The notes under the pieces were generated by a model. That model did not search any database. It was given only the letters and a program-made list of their open reading frames with translations, and was not told the origin of the DNA. 64,000 nt of DNA from Balanoglossus misakiensis (Eukaryota > Animalia > Hemichordata). Positions 1 to 13,370 of the stretch are shown piece by piece (positions within the stretch are counted from its first letter, which is position 1; the number at the start of each line of letters is the position of its first letter). Where the stretch lies: the NCBI GenBank assembly GCA_040954595.2, contig CM082597.2, positions 7,341,849 to 7,405,848 of the forward strand, given 5' to 3'. The translations under genes and the position numbers were made by a program.

Positions 1-1144
1 AATATTTAAATCTAATGTAATGACTAACTACAGGAATATTTTGAATCTAATCTGACAACTCCATCAAGTAAATTGGCATACTGCAGTATCTAAGGCACTC
101 GCATCGCTCCTGTCAAGTCAAGCAAAGTAGTTTGTGACCAACCAACCGCAATTCTTACTCAATTCAAAGTTGCCTTGCAAGTAATAACTTGAGAAAACTT
201 TGTTAAATTTCGAGGGTCGTACTTCTATAAAGGGATGTTAGTTGCAACTTTATATACCTACTTATATACCTATAGTACTCAACTGGTCATCATATTTTGT
301 ATATGTGAAACGGCTAATGTTTTTTTTTTGATGAATGAACTGTAGTCCGGATTTGAATTAAAACTTTGCACAGTAACAATGCAGACTATATACACGTAGG
401 TTGTGTTAATAAGCTGGATACTGGGTATTTGATCACGCTTCAGGAAGTTGAACAAAAAAATGCGATAGGCATACACAACGAAAATAGCGAAATGTTTCAC
501 CTAAAATGGAACTTTAATAGAACTGATCAAAAACGCCACAGAGATGTAAATTAAACCACAAACGGAGTTGACTTGCACCAACAGAACATTGAACAATCTA
601 CACCGATTATTGGACTTCATCTGATGAAAAGTAGCATACATTCGAAATACAGTAAACCATAACTAGAAGCTTTATCATTGCAATGATGTCACTGACCTGG
701 AATTCGGAGTACCGGTGCTGTTGAAAAAAAACATCACATGAAAATGACGTGTCAGGCTTAATGATTATGATATACCCATACCTTGGCCTGAGTCCAGCTA
801 CCTGTTTATTTATCACAAGTCATAAGTGGTCAGTAGCATTTATCGAAATCATTCGAAGCTTTGCTTTGCTCCCGTGCAGACGGCGTGAGTCTGACTTAGT
901 CTGGGTGACACCATTGACATTTTGTTAATCTGTAGGAAGCTGAGGACCAATTTCGAATCTTCGTAAAGGTACGTGCAGTTACATTTTTTCAGCACGGATC
1001 TAACAGTACCCGTGCTTTCATATACGCAAGTGCAAATAACAGATGGAACCTCACTGATGTGAGTGGCTTTCAGCGAAATCTTACAGGGGAAGTTTTGTCG
1101 CCGGTCACCCTCACGCAGATCGGACTGATTAAACATACATTATA

Positions 1145-1745
1145 TTATATCATGCTACCGTCCGCAATTCTGATTGGACGAGAGCTCAATCCAGCGATGC
1201 TAAAATAGTCATATAGCACTGCTGGCAGTGCTAAAACGGGCCCCTGAACTAGCATGCGGCAGCAAAAATGTGCGGTTATACCACAGTCGCGCGTGTTTAA
1301 GCCTAATAAATAAAACAAAAATACTATTGAATTAACGGACGTTTTATTTTGGAACTGCTCTGTGGAAATTTTTGTCACTTTGCCACGTGCGATGCCCGTC
1401 TTGTCACTTTTTGTCGTCTGCTTCATGTTTAATGCTCGATCCCGGCCGCTCGTGTTTACATTCATCGTCGCCATGTTGGTTCACGGTCGTAATTTCTCTT
1501 TCTGACGCCGTTTCGGTAAGAAAATGACACTGATATGCCACAAAAACAATTGTTGATATAATATAATAGCAATAACGCCCGCCTCAGTCGGGTATACACT
1601 AGATTTGTGTACAATTCGAGACATATAGCAAATCCAAAAAAAACAGGAAAACATTTTTAAAATACCAAAAACTAATGAAACTACTAAATAGTCATGTTAG
1701 AAAAACATGACGTATACCCGCCTGCGGCGGGGGTTTTTGCTCAAG
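1145..1745. mobile_element. Related copy of the 62281-63170 element with a different terminal hairpin
   Basis: 1145-1205 matches 62281-62341 and 1217-1575 matches 62663-63032 at high identity. Followed by the inverted pair CCCGCCTCAGTCGGGTATAC / GTATACCCGCCTGCGGCGGG. Confidence 0.75.
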
Positions 1746-3498
1746 TAAACGTCAACCTCTGATAAAACAGCAAACACGGTCAGGTAAGGGCGACGGCAAT
1801 ATTATCGCAGACAGCCGAGTAAATAGTGCATGAGGTAGAATAATTATTATTGTCTGTCATAGAGTGCCGGGGCTTTAGCCGAGCCAGACCGGAATTTATC
1901 ATTTAACGTGAGCTCACAACAGGGCCACAGGAAATAGAACTCTTGAACTAATGCAAAATTGTGGTACCAGGTGTAAGGAATGGGTAAGCGTAGCAATATG
2001 CCACACCTGTGGGGTAGAAAAATGGAATTTCCTCTGACGCCTGCCAGAACAATTAACTGATTTAAAAAAAGAGAGATTCGAACCCACATCTACCGCACCA
2101 ATTCGCGAGAGATCCGTGTACAAAAAAGTCTTCAACGATTGTTGTTATCGTTTAGTCATATAGTCTGAAGCACGCAGATCCCATCTGTAACTACTCTGCA
2201 CTAAACATAAGTGTTTTCTTTCTCGCCTCGCTCAATAGAACACTCATCAAGTTCAAGTCTGTTCGTGGCAGATTTAAAATGATTAAAAATATATACTTTG
2301 CCAGCTCCAAAGAGCACGTATAGTTCAATTGGTATACCATCTGTTATGACGAAAATTGAAGTTTCGATCGTGGCGTTTTGATTTAAATTACAGTGACAGG
2401 GCAGTGACCCAGAGATGATCGTTCATTGGCTTAATTATGCAACTTTTGTTATGCAAAATAGGGTCATGCTGGGTCAGTTCATCAGTAGTTCTGCTCAGGT
2501 CACGAGATCGCATCGGCGACATCCGACAACATTAGCGATAGCAAAAAGATAGTCGTAGTGAAATATACTGACAACTAAATGTTTTTTTTTTTACTCAGAC
2601 GGTATTTGGGAAGGACAATATATGTTCAATAATCCCCGGTTTCGTCAACTACAACGCTCATGCAGGTCTAGAACCTAGCGTTCGTTCTTTACACAAAAAG
2701 TAGTCCCACTTGTTCATGATTTGCATAAAATGTCGTGCAAATATATGTACTTGTATTTGGTTAATGACCGTGGCAGTAGTTATTTGCGTCGTTTCGAACC
2801 GAAATCGGGTGGAGAAAACTGATGATACGTATGATGCATGATTGTATTTCTTATTAGTGCAAACCATAACAATGCAGGAGATTTACAATGACTCGAACAT
2901 GCAATTTTAGCGCACTTCAACAGGGACTACTTTATCTCATTTGCATCTCATCTGCGGAAAAAAGTCACTTTTATTTTGCGGGAAACAACAAGATAATCAG
3001 CGCTACAATTCTTCAACAGTTTACTTATAGTGGAAATAAACATGCAATAATGGTTCCGCATACGGGTTGGATTAATTTAATCACGGGTAACAAATCTATT
3101 GCCTTTGCTTTTATGGATGCACGTATGTGTTTGCATACGAACTATTTTGCGTGCAATATGCTAGCTTTTTATAATGATCTTACCATTTCATAACAGTTAT
3201 GTGTCTGTCACATTGTTAACTAGAACTACCCATACGCATAGGAGAGTGCGATTTAATGACTTTCAGTATGCATTTAGGTAAAGAAGACGTATACAGAAAT
3301 ATCGGCGTATTAAATGAACCGTGAAATCAAAGATCTTCTGATCATGTTAATACTGATGATCCTATGTCTCGTAAACATTTAAACTGTGGAATAAAAATGA
3401 AAAATACATTATAAAAGCATAAGCATAATTTTAATTCATTGCTCGTTTTATTTTTCAGCTCTGGTTGATACACAATTGTTAAAAGTTGATCTGTTGCC

Positions 3499-6400
3499 AT
3501 GGCTACTGCAAAAGTAGTGACCGCTGATGACATTTTGGACCAAATAGGTGAGGAGTTTCTGACATGTACTATTTGTTTTGAACAATTTACCAATCCAAAG
3601 ATCCTTCCATGTCACCACACATACTGTGAACAGTGTCTACAACAACTGGTGAAGAAAAGTGGTGGAAAACTGACTTGTCCTTCATGCAGGAAAGAGTGTC
3701 ATCTTGAAGGATGTGCTCTCCAAAATCTTGAGACGAATTTCTACTTGAACTCACTGCTAGATACAGTTCAGAAACGACCAGAACGCGAATCTGTTGACCA
3801 CCATAAAAAGTGTGAAGTTTGTGATGACAATGAGGCTTCACACATTTGCGTTGACTGTGACCTACAGTTCTTCTGTACTAGTTGTACTAAAGTACATATA
3901 AAGTCAAGAGTGTCTATGCATCACAACATTCTTCTAATTGACGAGTATTCCAGAAAGCGATCGACTGATCCATCAAGTATTCTACCAGTCTCTTACTGCA
4001 GTAAGCATCCAACATCAGAATTCGAATTTTATTGTGTCACTTGTCAAAAACCGATTTGTCAGAAATGTACAGTAATTGATCATCCAAATAAGAATCACGA
4101 TTATGAGTACTTGACAAATGTCGCTGCTGAATACAAAGATAAACTGTTTAGAGATATTCAGAAGTTGGACGCGAAAGCCACAGAAGCTGATGGCAGTAAA
4201 TCTGCAGCCATGAATGTTCTTGATGAATATCGAAGAAAACCTGACATTGAAAAAGAAAGGGTGATGAAAAAGGTCGCTGATATGAGAAAAAGAAACAAAG
4301 CAGAAAAGGAGATGCTGATTGCTCAAGTAGAAACGGAATACAAAACACGTATTGAATTCCAGCAGAATCAAATCGATGATCTGCGGCTAAGATACAGTAG
4401 AACGGTCAGTATGATCAATTACTTGGAAATGCTGATTCGTCATAAGAATGCAACTCAGATTTTACTGATACAAGAAGATGTCGATCAGTGCATCCAGGAA
4501 TTGAAAGGATTGGAAAACATAGTCGCCATTGATCATGGAGAAGTTGAATTTGTCCCATCCAATGATACAGAGAAGCTTGTTGGGGCAATCATTAGAATGG
4601 GTGGAACAAGTCACGATAAAACTGAATCCAACGTTGGACAGACGTTAAGAAATGGTACCTGCACGCTTGATAGTGATGTCCTCCAAACAAACGTTAACAA
4701 GGAAGCTAATTTACCCGACAGCGTTCAACGACAAATTCGTAATGGCTTCCTGACCTGCACAATTTGTTTTGAACGACTCACAAATGCCAAAATTCTGCCA
4801 TGTCATCACACGTTCTGTGAAGGCTGCTTGAAGACTCTCATGAACGGAAGTGACGACACACTTGACTGCCCTTCCTGTGGGATAAAATTTCAGCTGTCAG
4901 GAGCAGGCATGGAAGGTCTTCCGAACAACACCTACATACGTTCGTTGCTAGGTGCCCTGCCAGATGAACCAAAGTGCAAATCACCTTTACCCCAATGTGA
5001 AGTATGTGAGAAAGAGGATGCTACACATATTTGCATCGACTGTCAGTTACAGCATTATTGTGACAATTGTGTCAAATTGCACAAAAAATTAAGGCTACCG
5101 AAGCCTCATAACATTCTCCTGGTCGACGAATACAAGTACGCAAGAGTTCATGACCCTTCAACCATACAACCAATGGCATACTGTACAACCCACACAGCAT
5201 TTCCGATCAATTTATACTGCAATACTTGCAAGGTACCGATATGTTCTGCCTGTACGAAAATCGATCATCAAAGGGATCATCATGATGTTGACTTCCTGGA
5301 ATTATTTTCAGATAAATACATTCAAGCTTTGTCAGAATCCACTCATGCGTTGAAGGACAAAGCCTGTACAATAAATAAAACAATAAACGAAGCAGTCTCC
5401 GTTGAAGATATTTTGACTACAAGGAAAAGACGAGCTAAGCTAACTATATTTCTGAAATCTGTGAACGTACATGATAAAATCGACAAAGAAGAGAAATCGT
5501 TGTTAGCGGAATTACGGAATAAGTATAACGCGAAGATCAAACAACAAGAAAGTGACATTGATGATATGCAGATAAAATATGGTAAACTTGTGAGCATGAT
5601 AGGCTACATTGAAATGCTGAAACATCACAAGAACGCAGCTGAACTGATGGCAACCAAAGACAATGTGGAACAAAGGATCAAAGACCTGATGCAGATTGTA
5701 ACCCAACCAGACATTCAACGGGAAATGGTTTTGTTTCAACCATGTGATGACGTCAGAGAAGGAGACCTGGTAGGAGATGTGAGATGTGATGTGTGTATCT
5801 CAAAGTGCACAGTTGACAACATTCCACAGAGACTCATCAAAGACATGAGCGTCGATATTTCAATTACAACCAGAGACAGCAGAGGCAAAGCAGTAAATCC
5901 TACACAAGAGGTGAAAGTGGTCGTGTTGAAGCCAGATGGTTCTGATGAAGATGTTCCGGTGGCTGTAACGAGAAACGGCACCCATGCAGTGACAATACAT
6001 TGTGATTTGATAGGAAAGTATCTGATTACTGTGTCTGTGGGCGGTCAAGTCATACCTGGGTCTCCGTTTGAAATTCGAGTACTCATACCATTGGTGAAGA
6101 CTCTTGGAATGTTGGGAGAAGAAGAAGGGTACTTCAATTGGCCACGTGGTTTGGCAGTTACTAAAGATGGTAAATTGGTAGTGGCTGATGCAGGGAACTG
6201 CAGGATGAAGATAATTGATTTTGATGGAAATGTCAAGAAGATACTCAAATTCACGACATTTGAGAACAAGTTTAAACCTGGTGACTTGGCAATATCTGAG
6301 GACGGTCTTCTCTTCATGACAGATAGATGTAATAAGCAAATTGTAGTGAGTGATGATAACGGACGCGTCGTTAGATGTTTCGGACAAAAAGAGATGAAAC

Positions 6401-6936
6401 ACCCGTTCGGCATTGGTATAAATCCACTGAATGGTGCAGTCTTCGTCTCAGATTGGGATGGAAAGGGGGATGACACTGACAAGGATGGACACTGCATCAG
6501 GAAATACACCCTAGATGGCAAGTACATCACATCGATCGGAAGTTACGGTACCAACAAGGGACAGTTCGAAGGACCGTATTTCATGGATTTCGACAGCGAA
6601 GGAATTATGTATGTATCCGACTGTAATAATCACCGTGTCCAGGTGTTCGATGCAAATGATGAATTTGTACGTGCATTCGGAAGCTATGGTGAAAACGATG
6701 GACAGTTTAAACATCCATCTGGGATTGTTGTAAGCAAAGATAAATTTGTCTATGTAAATGATTGCATTGCTAACAGTGTACAGAAGTTTGACATCAGTGG
6801 CCAATTCATCTATCGCATCGACAGTGGCAAGGATGGACTCAACCGTCCGAGAGGCATTGCACTGACTACGGACGAGGAACCAACAGTAGTCGTGGTAGAC
6901 ACCCTAAATCACTGCATAAAAATCTTTCAAGATTAA
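3499..6936 (+). CDS. TRIM-NHL E3 ligase-like protein (TRIM2/3/71-like) with duplicated RBCC: RING-B1-B2-CC-RING-B1-B2-CC-filamin-NHL, 1145 aa, single coding exon
   Basis: Uninterrupted ORF. C3HC4 RINGs CTICFEQF..LPCHHTYCEQC..CPSC (aa ~24) and CTICFERL..LPCHHTFCEGC..CPSC (aa ~420), each followed by B-boxes (CEVC..C..C..C..C..H..H; C..H..C..C..IC..C..H..H) and a coiled coil. Filamin repeat (GKYLITVSVGGQVIPGSPF) and NHL repeats (FNWPRGLAV, FEGPYFMDF, FKHPSGIVV, LNRPRGIAL). Splice acceptor tttttcag at 3451-3458 implies an upstream non-coding exon. Confidence 0.95.
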   Translation: MATAKVVTADDILDQIGEEFLTCTICFEQFTNPKILPCHHTYCEQCLQQLVKKSGGKLTCPSCRKECHLEGCALQNLETNFYLNSLLDTVQKRPERESVDHHKKCEVCDDNEASHICVDCDLQFFCTSCTKVHIKSRVSMHHNILLIDEYSRKRSTDPSSILPVSYCSKHPTSEFEFYCVTCQKPICQKCTVIDHPNKNHDYEYLTNVAAEYKDKLFRDIQKLDAKATEADGSKSAAMNVLDEYRRKPDIEKERVMKKVADMRKRNKAEKEMLIAQVETEYKTRIEFQQNQIDDLRLRYSRTVSMINYLEMLIRHKNATQILLIQEDVDQCIQELKGLENIVAIDHGEVEFVPSNDTEKLVGAIIRMGGTSHDKTESNVGQTLRNGTCTLDSDVLQTNVNKEANLPDSVQRQIRNGFLTCTICFERLTNAKILPCHHTFCEGCLKTLMNGSDDTLDCPSCGIKFQLSGAGMEGLPNNTYIRSLLGALPDEPKCKSPLPQCEVCEKEDATHICIDCQLQHYCDNCVKLHKKLRLPKPHNILLVDEYKYARVHDPSTIQPMAYCTTHTAFPINLYCNTCKVPICSACTKIDHQRDHHDVDFLELFSDKYIQALSESTHALKDKACTINKTINEAVSVEDILTTRKRRAKLTIFLKSVNVHDKIDKEEKSLLAELRNKYNAKIKQQESDIDDMQIKYGKLVSMIGYIEMLKHHKNAAELMATKDNVEQRIKDLMQIVTQPDIQREMVLFQPCDDVREGDLVGDVRCDVCISKCTVDNIPQRLIKDMSVDISITTRDSRGKAVNPTQEVKVVVLKPDGSDEDVPVAVTRNGTHAVTIHCDLIGKYLITVSVGGQVIPGSPFEIRVLIPLVKTLGMLGEEEGYFNWPRGLAVTKDGKLVVADAGNCRMKIIDFDGNVKKILKFTTFENKFKPGDLAISEDGLLFMTDRCNKQIVVSDDNGRVVRCFGQKEMKHPFGIGINPLNGAVFVSDWDGKGDDTDKDGHCIRKYTLDGKYITSIGSYGTNKGQFEGPYFMDFDSEGIMYVSDCNNHRVQVFDANDEFVRAFGSYGENDGQFKHPSGIVVSKDKFVYVNDCIANSVQKFDISGQFIYRIDSGKDGLNRPRGIALTTDEEPTVVVVDTLNHCIKIFQD

Positions 6937-7543
6937 CAGTCATTTACATTGACATTGCATTAGATGGACCGGCTACAGCAAAGTGTGACACAAATGCTGT
7001 TATATAAAATTCCGACTTTTTACCTCTTTGTCACATATTATAGATTTGCAATTCAAAAAATGGAAAACATTAAATTTGATGCTTAAGGATGAGATGCAGG
7101 TTTTTTGCATTTTTTTGGTGATTTTTACTTTTTTAAATATTTCACACCATTAGAATTTGTATTGTTTTTTTTTTAAAACAGTTTTACCAGGTCACACTCG
7201 TAAACATGTAAATTTATAAAAAGTAACATATTTTAAGAATTGTGTGTACAGTTATCAACATTCCGGATTAACTGTCACCAGATTAGTGTTGAAGTTTGCT
7301 AACCAATTCCCAGGAGCCCAGATATGCAAATCTGACTTTTCGAAAGTTAGGCTGGTAACAGGAAGTTTGACAGGCGTGCTTTGTCTAGTGACTTCCAGCA
7401 TGATGGTCAACTATGGCTTCCATCAGGGTTCGAACATCTTGCTCCATGGCACAGACTTATTGACCGGACATAGGGCAATGAAACACCCGCAAATGTACAA
7501 TTACTAATTACATGTTATGGTAGGAGTGAGAAAATAAGGTTAA

Positions 7544-7890
7544 AGGGACAAAGTCTCTCTCTCGCTGCCCTTTTCCCATTTAATTATGTCTGATACAAGA
7601 CACTGTTAATGTTATTCTACATGTGGATATATAGTGAATCAACGTTCGACCACACACAACTTCCGTCCCACTTGTATTATATGAGAGCAAAAACTCGCCC
7701 CAAATAAATATATGGTAAAGACCGATTATTCATTTTGGCGAGATTTTTTACTCTCGTGTCTACAAGCATGATGGAAAGTGTGTGGTTGAACATCCATTCA
7801 CTACATATACACACGTACATTAACATAAATGGTGTCTTGTATCAAACATAATTAATGGAAATAGGGCAACGAGAGAGAGGCTTTGTCCCT
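7544..7890. mobile_element. MITE with long TIRs and TTAA TSD (Kolobok-like)
   Basis: TTAA|AGGGACAAAGTCTCTCTC...GAGAGAGGCTTTGTCCCT|TTAA; second copy at 48543-48885. Confidence 0.85.
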
Positions 7891-9972
7891 TTAAAATTGG
7901 TTTTCAGAAGTTTATACTTAACGGGCTTAGAGTCGTTTGGACAAGTTATCAGTGGCAGGGATTAACAGTCCCGTGTTTGCTGTATAAACAAACCAACCTC
8001 ATTATTGTACTCTGTCAGTAATGATGTCATTTTTTCCCGATTTTACCCCAATTTATGAACTTGCAAAATGTTCTAGATGAATATTACTTGGTCTAAAGTC
8101 TCAAGTATTATGCTACTTCATTAAAACATAACAAAATAGTGAGTTAGTACATACTCAAGCACTTTGTCCAAACAAGAAACGGGCGAAATGATTTAAAACT
8201 CTTTGAAACATTTGTCGAAGGAAAGCTTCACTTGCTGTCATGGCATTCATGTCACTGAATGAAGAGATCGAGGCCCTTGGTCAATCATTCTCGACTATGT
8301 CAACAAACGGCCTGAGTGTTTGTATCATTTGCAAGATACACTAGTCGCAGTAACCAAAACTCAACTCAGTACCGAAACTCGCTCAAACAAGTGTTGTATT
8401 CAAGCAGAACAACAGAGAGACAAGTCGGAAATTTTGTCTGGTTGGTTGTTTGCAAACCTTTGTGGGGGGGGGGGGAGTGACTGGGCGGGTACCATTTATG
8501 CCGTCTGATTGTTCTTGATGTCATGTCTTCGTCCAGAAAGAGAAACAACCCGAACAATTAGACCAGAACAAGTTTCTTTTCGTTTTCTATCTGTCTAATC
8601 AAAAACCTGGACAGATGAATTCGCCATTTGCTCCTTATTCGTTTCTGTGTACGAATAATGAGGACGAATATATGAAAATTACGCCGTTCCATCAGTTGGT
8701 GAACGTTCTCATCTTTGCATTTCAGTGTCGCTAATGCAACCAGAACATGGAACGGAAGAATGAAAGAAACTTCAAAACAGAAAAGATCAGAAGAATAAGT
8801 CCACAACTGTACTCCGTGTAATTTGAATAGAATGGTGCAATTGGAATGTTTTGTGTCATTCGGTACTTCGTGTGGCTACTTATTGATTTTACAATATTTT
8901 CGTTGTTAGATTCGTTATCATGTTATTGATTATCCTTCTCCATACTGACAATGCATTTAAATTAATGGGTATGTTTGCTCGACAACAGTAACATTTAAAT
9001 CAATACCACATTTTTTATCAAAGATATGGGGTTAGATAAGTATGGTGTATTGTCAAGTGATAAAAACTTCGTCTAAGTAAAAAAAAAACAGATCCTGCCT
9101 GATTATGATAAACTTTTTTGAAACATTGAATCTTAAACACACCATAATGTTGCTTAACCATCTGTAGTATAACAAGAGCCAGACAAATTTTCCGGAAGCA
9201 TAACGCCTGTTCACATACTGAATATTGCAGATATCAGTTGACATAGTAACCGATGAAATACGGACGTCAAATGACCCTTTTAAGCGAATCCGCTTCCATG
9301 AAAAAATATTTCCCGGTAAATTGAATTGATCATGTTGAAATTTCGCCATGGCTTCTGTCCTAGGGCGATACAAGCAAACATGTCCACATCCATCCAAAGT
9401 CAACCACCGTATATGTACAAAGAAAATATTAATATCATGAAAATAATTCACAACCTTAGGCAAGCTAGGATATAGATTATAAGTCAAATGTTGGTGTTTA
9501 CTTGGTGGTACTTCTAAGCTTGAATAAACAAATTATCACTAGTGATGGTGTAACAATGACATCAAAAATCCTAAGTTTAACGAACTCAAATTTAATCAAA
9601 TTATCAAACTGCACTGTGCATCTAAAGCCGCTTGCACACGTGCCATGGTTAGGGCGCCCTTTTTGGGATTATAAAAGTTGGTAAACATTTCTTATCAGCG
9701 ACTCAAATAGTTTTGCATTCACATGTGTATAAAAGGGACGGGGTCCACAGCAGTGTGGCCAAAGGTCACAATGGCGGATCCAGTGATGTGTTTACTGAAT
9801 TTGCTTTTTAAACGTCGTCGACGCCGATTTCATGGGCATTTGAATGACCCGATACCCGTTTATGGTAACCTTTCATTGGAGGTTGCGATTGGAAGACTGC
9901 AGTCCATGCTACAAAATCGTTGTCGGAGGTCGAGTTTGCAATTCCTGTGTATGTGCCTTGGCCATTTCCGCG

Positions 9973-10206
9973 TAGACTGTCGACAGTCCCTCGCGCCTAA
10001 TGTGTATCGATACGGCGTTTCGTGCGAGGGCCGAAGAAGGCCCGATTCGGCGTTTCGTGGTGCGACGCCCTCGCCCGAGGCCTTACGGCCATCGCACCAC
10101 GAAACGCCGAATCGGGCCTTAGGCCAACAAAAGATACGGGCCTTACGGCCCTCGCACGAAACGCCGAATCGATACACATTAGGCGCGAGGGACTGTCGAC
10201 AGTCTA
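9973..10206. mobile_element. GC-rich, almost fully palindromic MITE with TAG..CTA ends and 8-bp TSD
   Basis: TTTCCGCG|TAGACTGTCGACAGTCCCTCGCGCCTAATGTGTATCGA...TCGATACACATTAGGCGCGAGGGACTGTCGACAGTCTA|TTTCCGCG, with nested inner inverted repeats. Confidence 0.9.
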
Positions 10207-11211
10207 TTTCCGCGTCGACACTCCAATTGTTGCCTCGAGACACTGCTTCGGCCATTGTTTTAGTAAAGTCAACCTCAACGCTTAGACCGCGTCGGTAGAG
10301 GGCATTTAGATCGGCGTTTAGTGCAGTGTTTCTGTTCACACGTGATTTGAATCGCTGCTTAGTGCGGCGCCCCGACCCAGGTCCCACCCCTCAACACCGT
10401 CCCAGAAAAAGAGCGGCGCAGGGCCGCTCTCACCTTTTCACACGTGGCACTTACAAATTAACGCCGCCCTAGGGCCGCCGCTGGGGCGGCGTTGACGGCA
10501 CGTGTGAAAGGCACTTATCAATCTGTTAATTATTAACACATTAATAAATTATTATCTCTCCTGATCCGCCTACTATAAAGTTGTCATCATAACGTGTCCT
10601 TCGCATTCGTCGAATAAATTCAAACCTGTCCGCTGCTGAGGGAGTAGGTCTAACTGTACCTGATCGATTCAATCACAACCTGCTTTGCTGTGAAAAACTT
10701 ACGTGCCAATTTCGAGCTCATGTAAAGGTACGTGGACTTTTATGTTATTTACCTTCGGTATGCCAGCCTGTATATCTGACCATTATCATGTGCTCTAATA
10801 TCCATGCAATTAACCTGAACCAAACGATTTAATTTTATCAAGAGCGACTAGGATAGACTGAATGATTGCTAGCGCTCGATTTTTATGTCTGCATATTTTT
10901 CAAAATTGCACCAAGTCCACTCGTCAAAGTTTGCTCAAAGTATTATTAAGGCTGACTAGCCGTCAACGTTATTGTTGTTTGAATTAAGCAGTTAGGCTTA
11001 TATTGAATTGAAAGTTACTGTTTAATGTCACAATTGACCTTTTTAGACGACAGAAGTCGTTAAAATGGCCGCCATATAGTGGGAAGAAAATGTAACAAAA
11101 TAACAACAGTTAACACATGCAGTTAAACTGTCTTTTCTGTAGCGAAACTAACTTAAAAGTACACGTTTATCAAATCTGAAATTCCTTAATAATTTTGGCG
11201 CTTTTCTTTAA

Positions 11212-11718
11212 AGGCACATAAGCTGCAACTTTTGGGATGATTATCATAATTTTTGTTTCATACTGTACTACCATTAGTTCATGTAGATGAAGGCAATGAA
11301 CTATACACAAGCATTATAAACCCTCAGTATTAGTGCATATGCAAGTTTTAACCAGATAAATAATAAAGCTTTGCCGCAAGCGAATGTGGCCGCCACCGTG
11401 GGAAAATGCAAGAAACAATGAAAATGTTGCATTTCCGGTTATGAAATTTCATTAAAAAAACATGATCTCATCCACTTGAGCACATGGAAGTAAATGTACA
11501 CCGCTGAGACATTATATTTTCCGTTTTCATTGCAATATTGCACTTTTTTAAAAATTGCAGGAATTTTAGTTTTTCTTTAATTTTTGGCCATTTTGTCATA
11601 AATAAGTGTTGAGGCTTGATATATTATTATGAAATATCATTTAATAGACATAATTAAAAGCATATATGAGATTATTCAAAACTTTAATTTTTTTTATCCA
11701 GTTGCAGCTCATGTGCCT
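11212..11718. mobile_element. Non-autonomous DNA transposon, TTAA TSD (Kolobok-like)
   Basis: TTAA|AGGCACATAAGCTGCAAC...GTTGCAGCTCATGTGCCT|TTAA; near-identical inverted copy at 47536-48045. Confidence 0.88.
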
Positions 11719-11780
11719 TTAAAGGCACTTACAAATAAAAGCACCCTGATTTGCATTAAACACAAACATGTAAATGACCT

Positions 11781-13370
11781 CCTCAGCTTTCATAAACAGA
11801 GACTGCCCCAAGTCTAATTACTATAGCGGTTCTGCAATCAAATGGTTATGTTCTAATATTACAGTTGACAGAAATAAAATCCAACTTCCCTGTGTTTTGC
11901 CGAAATCAAATCGAAATCTGTAGCATTCTGTGTTGATTTTCAGTATCACTTCACTTTGAGTCCCATACAGTCTATATGTTACTGACGAGCATTGTTAACA
12001 TCGCTCGTGGCCTAGTTTGACAGTCGTGGCCAATTCTGATTTGGGAATCTTCAGCGATCGGTCGTTGCGGTCACGTTATCAACAACCATTGTTTAGATCA
12101 GGCTGGCGGCAAACGATAACATCGCTGACTTCAAAGACAAATATCTAATACTTTGACCAGGACATCCGTGATGTGCTATTAGTCATTCTGAGTGTTGACT
12201 CTCATTGCTAGGCGACTTGGTACCGCGGGTAGAGGGTTTAAGCTCTGGATACTCGTATATCACGTTAATCTCGACTAAATCAATATTTTTACCACACATT
12301 ATGGCCCTTTGTCGAACAATCGTTCTTTGTTGAACGTCTGCTGATAAGGCAAATCGATCGGGCGCGGGTTGGTACGTGAAATGATACCGTCAACGATAAA
12401 AATAGCAGCTGGTAACGATAACTTTGTTTATAGCAACATGATTTGTCAACGTACATGTACGTCCATTTAGTTCCACATTGCTATGGGATGACTAAAACCG
12501 TTACTCCATCAAGGCAATGGGGTGACTAATACCGTTACTCCACCAAGGCAATGGGGTGACTAATACGGTTACTCTACCAAGGCAATGGGGTGACTAATAC
12601 CGTTACTCCACCCCTCAGCTTTCATAAACAGCGACTGCCACAAGTCTAATTACTGTAGCGGTTCTGCAATCAAATGGTTATGTTCTAATGTTACAGTTGA
12701 CAGAAAAAGTTTTTCAAGTTCCCTGTGTTTTGCCGAAATCAAACCGAAATCTGGAGCATTTTGTGTTGATTTTCAGTAGAAACACCGGATGAACATTCAG
12801 TATCACTTCACTTTGAGTCCCATACAGTCTATGTGTAACTGGCTAGCCTAGTTTGACAGTCGTGGCCAATTCTGATTTGGGAATCTTCAGCGATCGGTCG
12901 TTGCGGTCACGTTATCAAGAACCATTGTTTAGATCAGGCTGGCGGCAAACGAAAACATCGCTGACTTCAAAGACAAATATCTAATACTTTGACCAGGACA
13001 TCCGTGATGTGTTATTCGTCATTCTGAGTGTTGACTCTCGTTGCTAGGCGACTTGGTTCCGCGGGTAGAGGGTTTGAGCTCTGGATACTCGTATATCACG
13101 TTAATCTCGACTAAATCAATATTTTTACCACACATTATGGCCCTTTGTTCAATAATCGTTCTTTGTTGAAAGTCTGCTGATAAGGCAAATCGATCGGGCG
13201 CGGGTTGGTACGTGAAATGATACCGTCAACGATAAAAATAGCAGCTGGCAACGATAACTTTGTTTATAGCAACATGATTTGTCAACGTACATGTACGTCC
13301 ATTTAGTTCCACATTGCAATGGGGTGACTAATTCCGTTACTCCACCAAGGCAATGGGGGTGACTAATACC
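11781..13370. repeat. Tandem duplication of a ~0.8-kb non-coding unit ending in a 34-bp minisatellite
   Basis: CCTCAGCTTTCATAAACAG..CAAGTCTAATTACT starts at 11781 and at ~12613, with high identity throughout. 34-bp unit AAGGCAATGGGGTGACTAATACCGTTACTCCACC about 3.5x at 12485-12612 and about 1.5x at 13316-13370. Confidence 0.9.

Noticed and set aside
2040-2120. tRNA B-box-like GGGTTCGAATCTC on the minus strand
   Set aside because: No cloverleaf or convincing A-box; at most a SINE remnant.
3587-6804. Antisense and alternate-frame ORFs overlapping the TRIM genes (also 14050-17462)
   Set aside because: Shadow ORFs of long coding sequences; no independent evidence.
9723-10387. 191-aa and 175-aa ORFs on opposite strands
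   Set aside because: By-product of a GC-rich palindromic MITE; no recognisable domain.
12485-12612. 34-bp repeats as a CRISPR array
   Set aside because: No spacers; simple tandem minisatellite.
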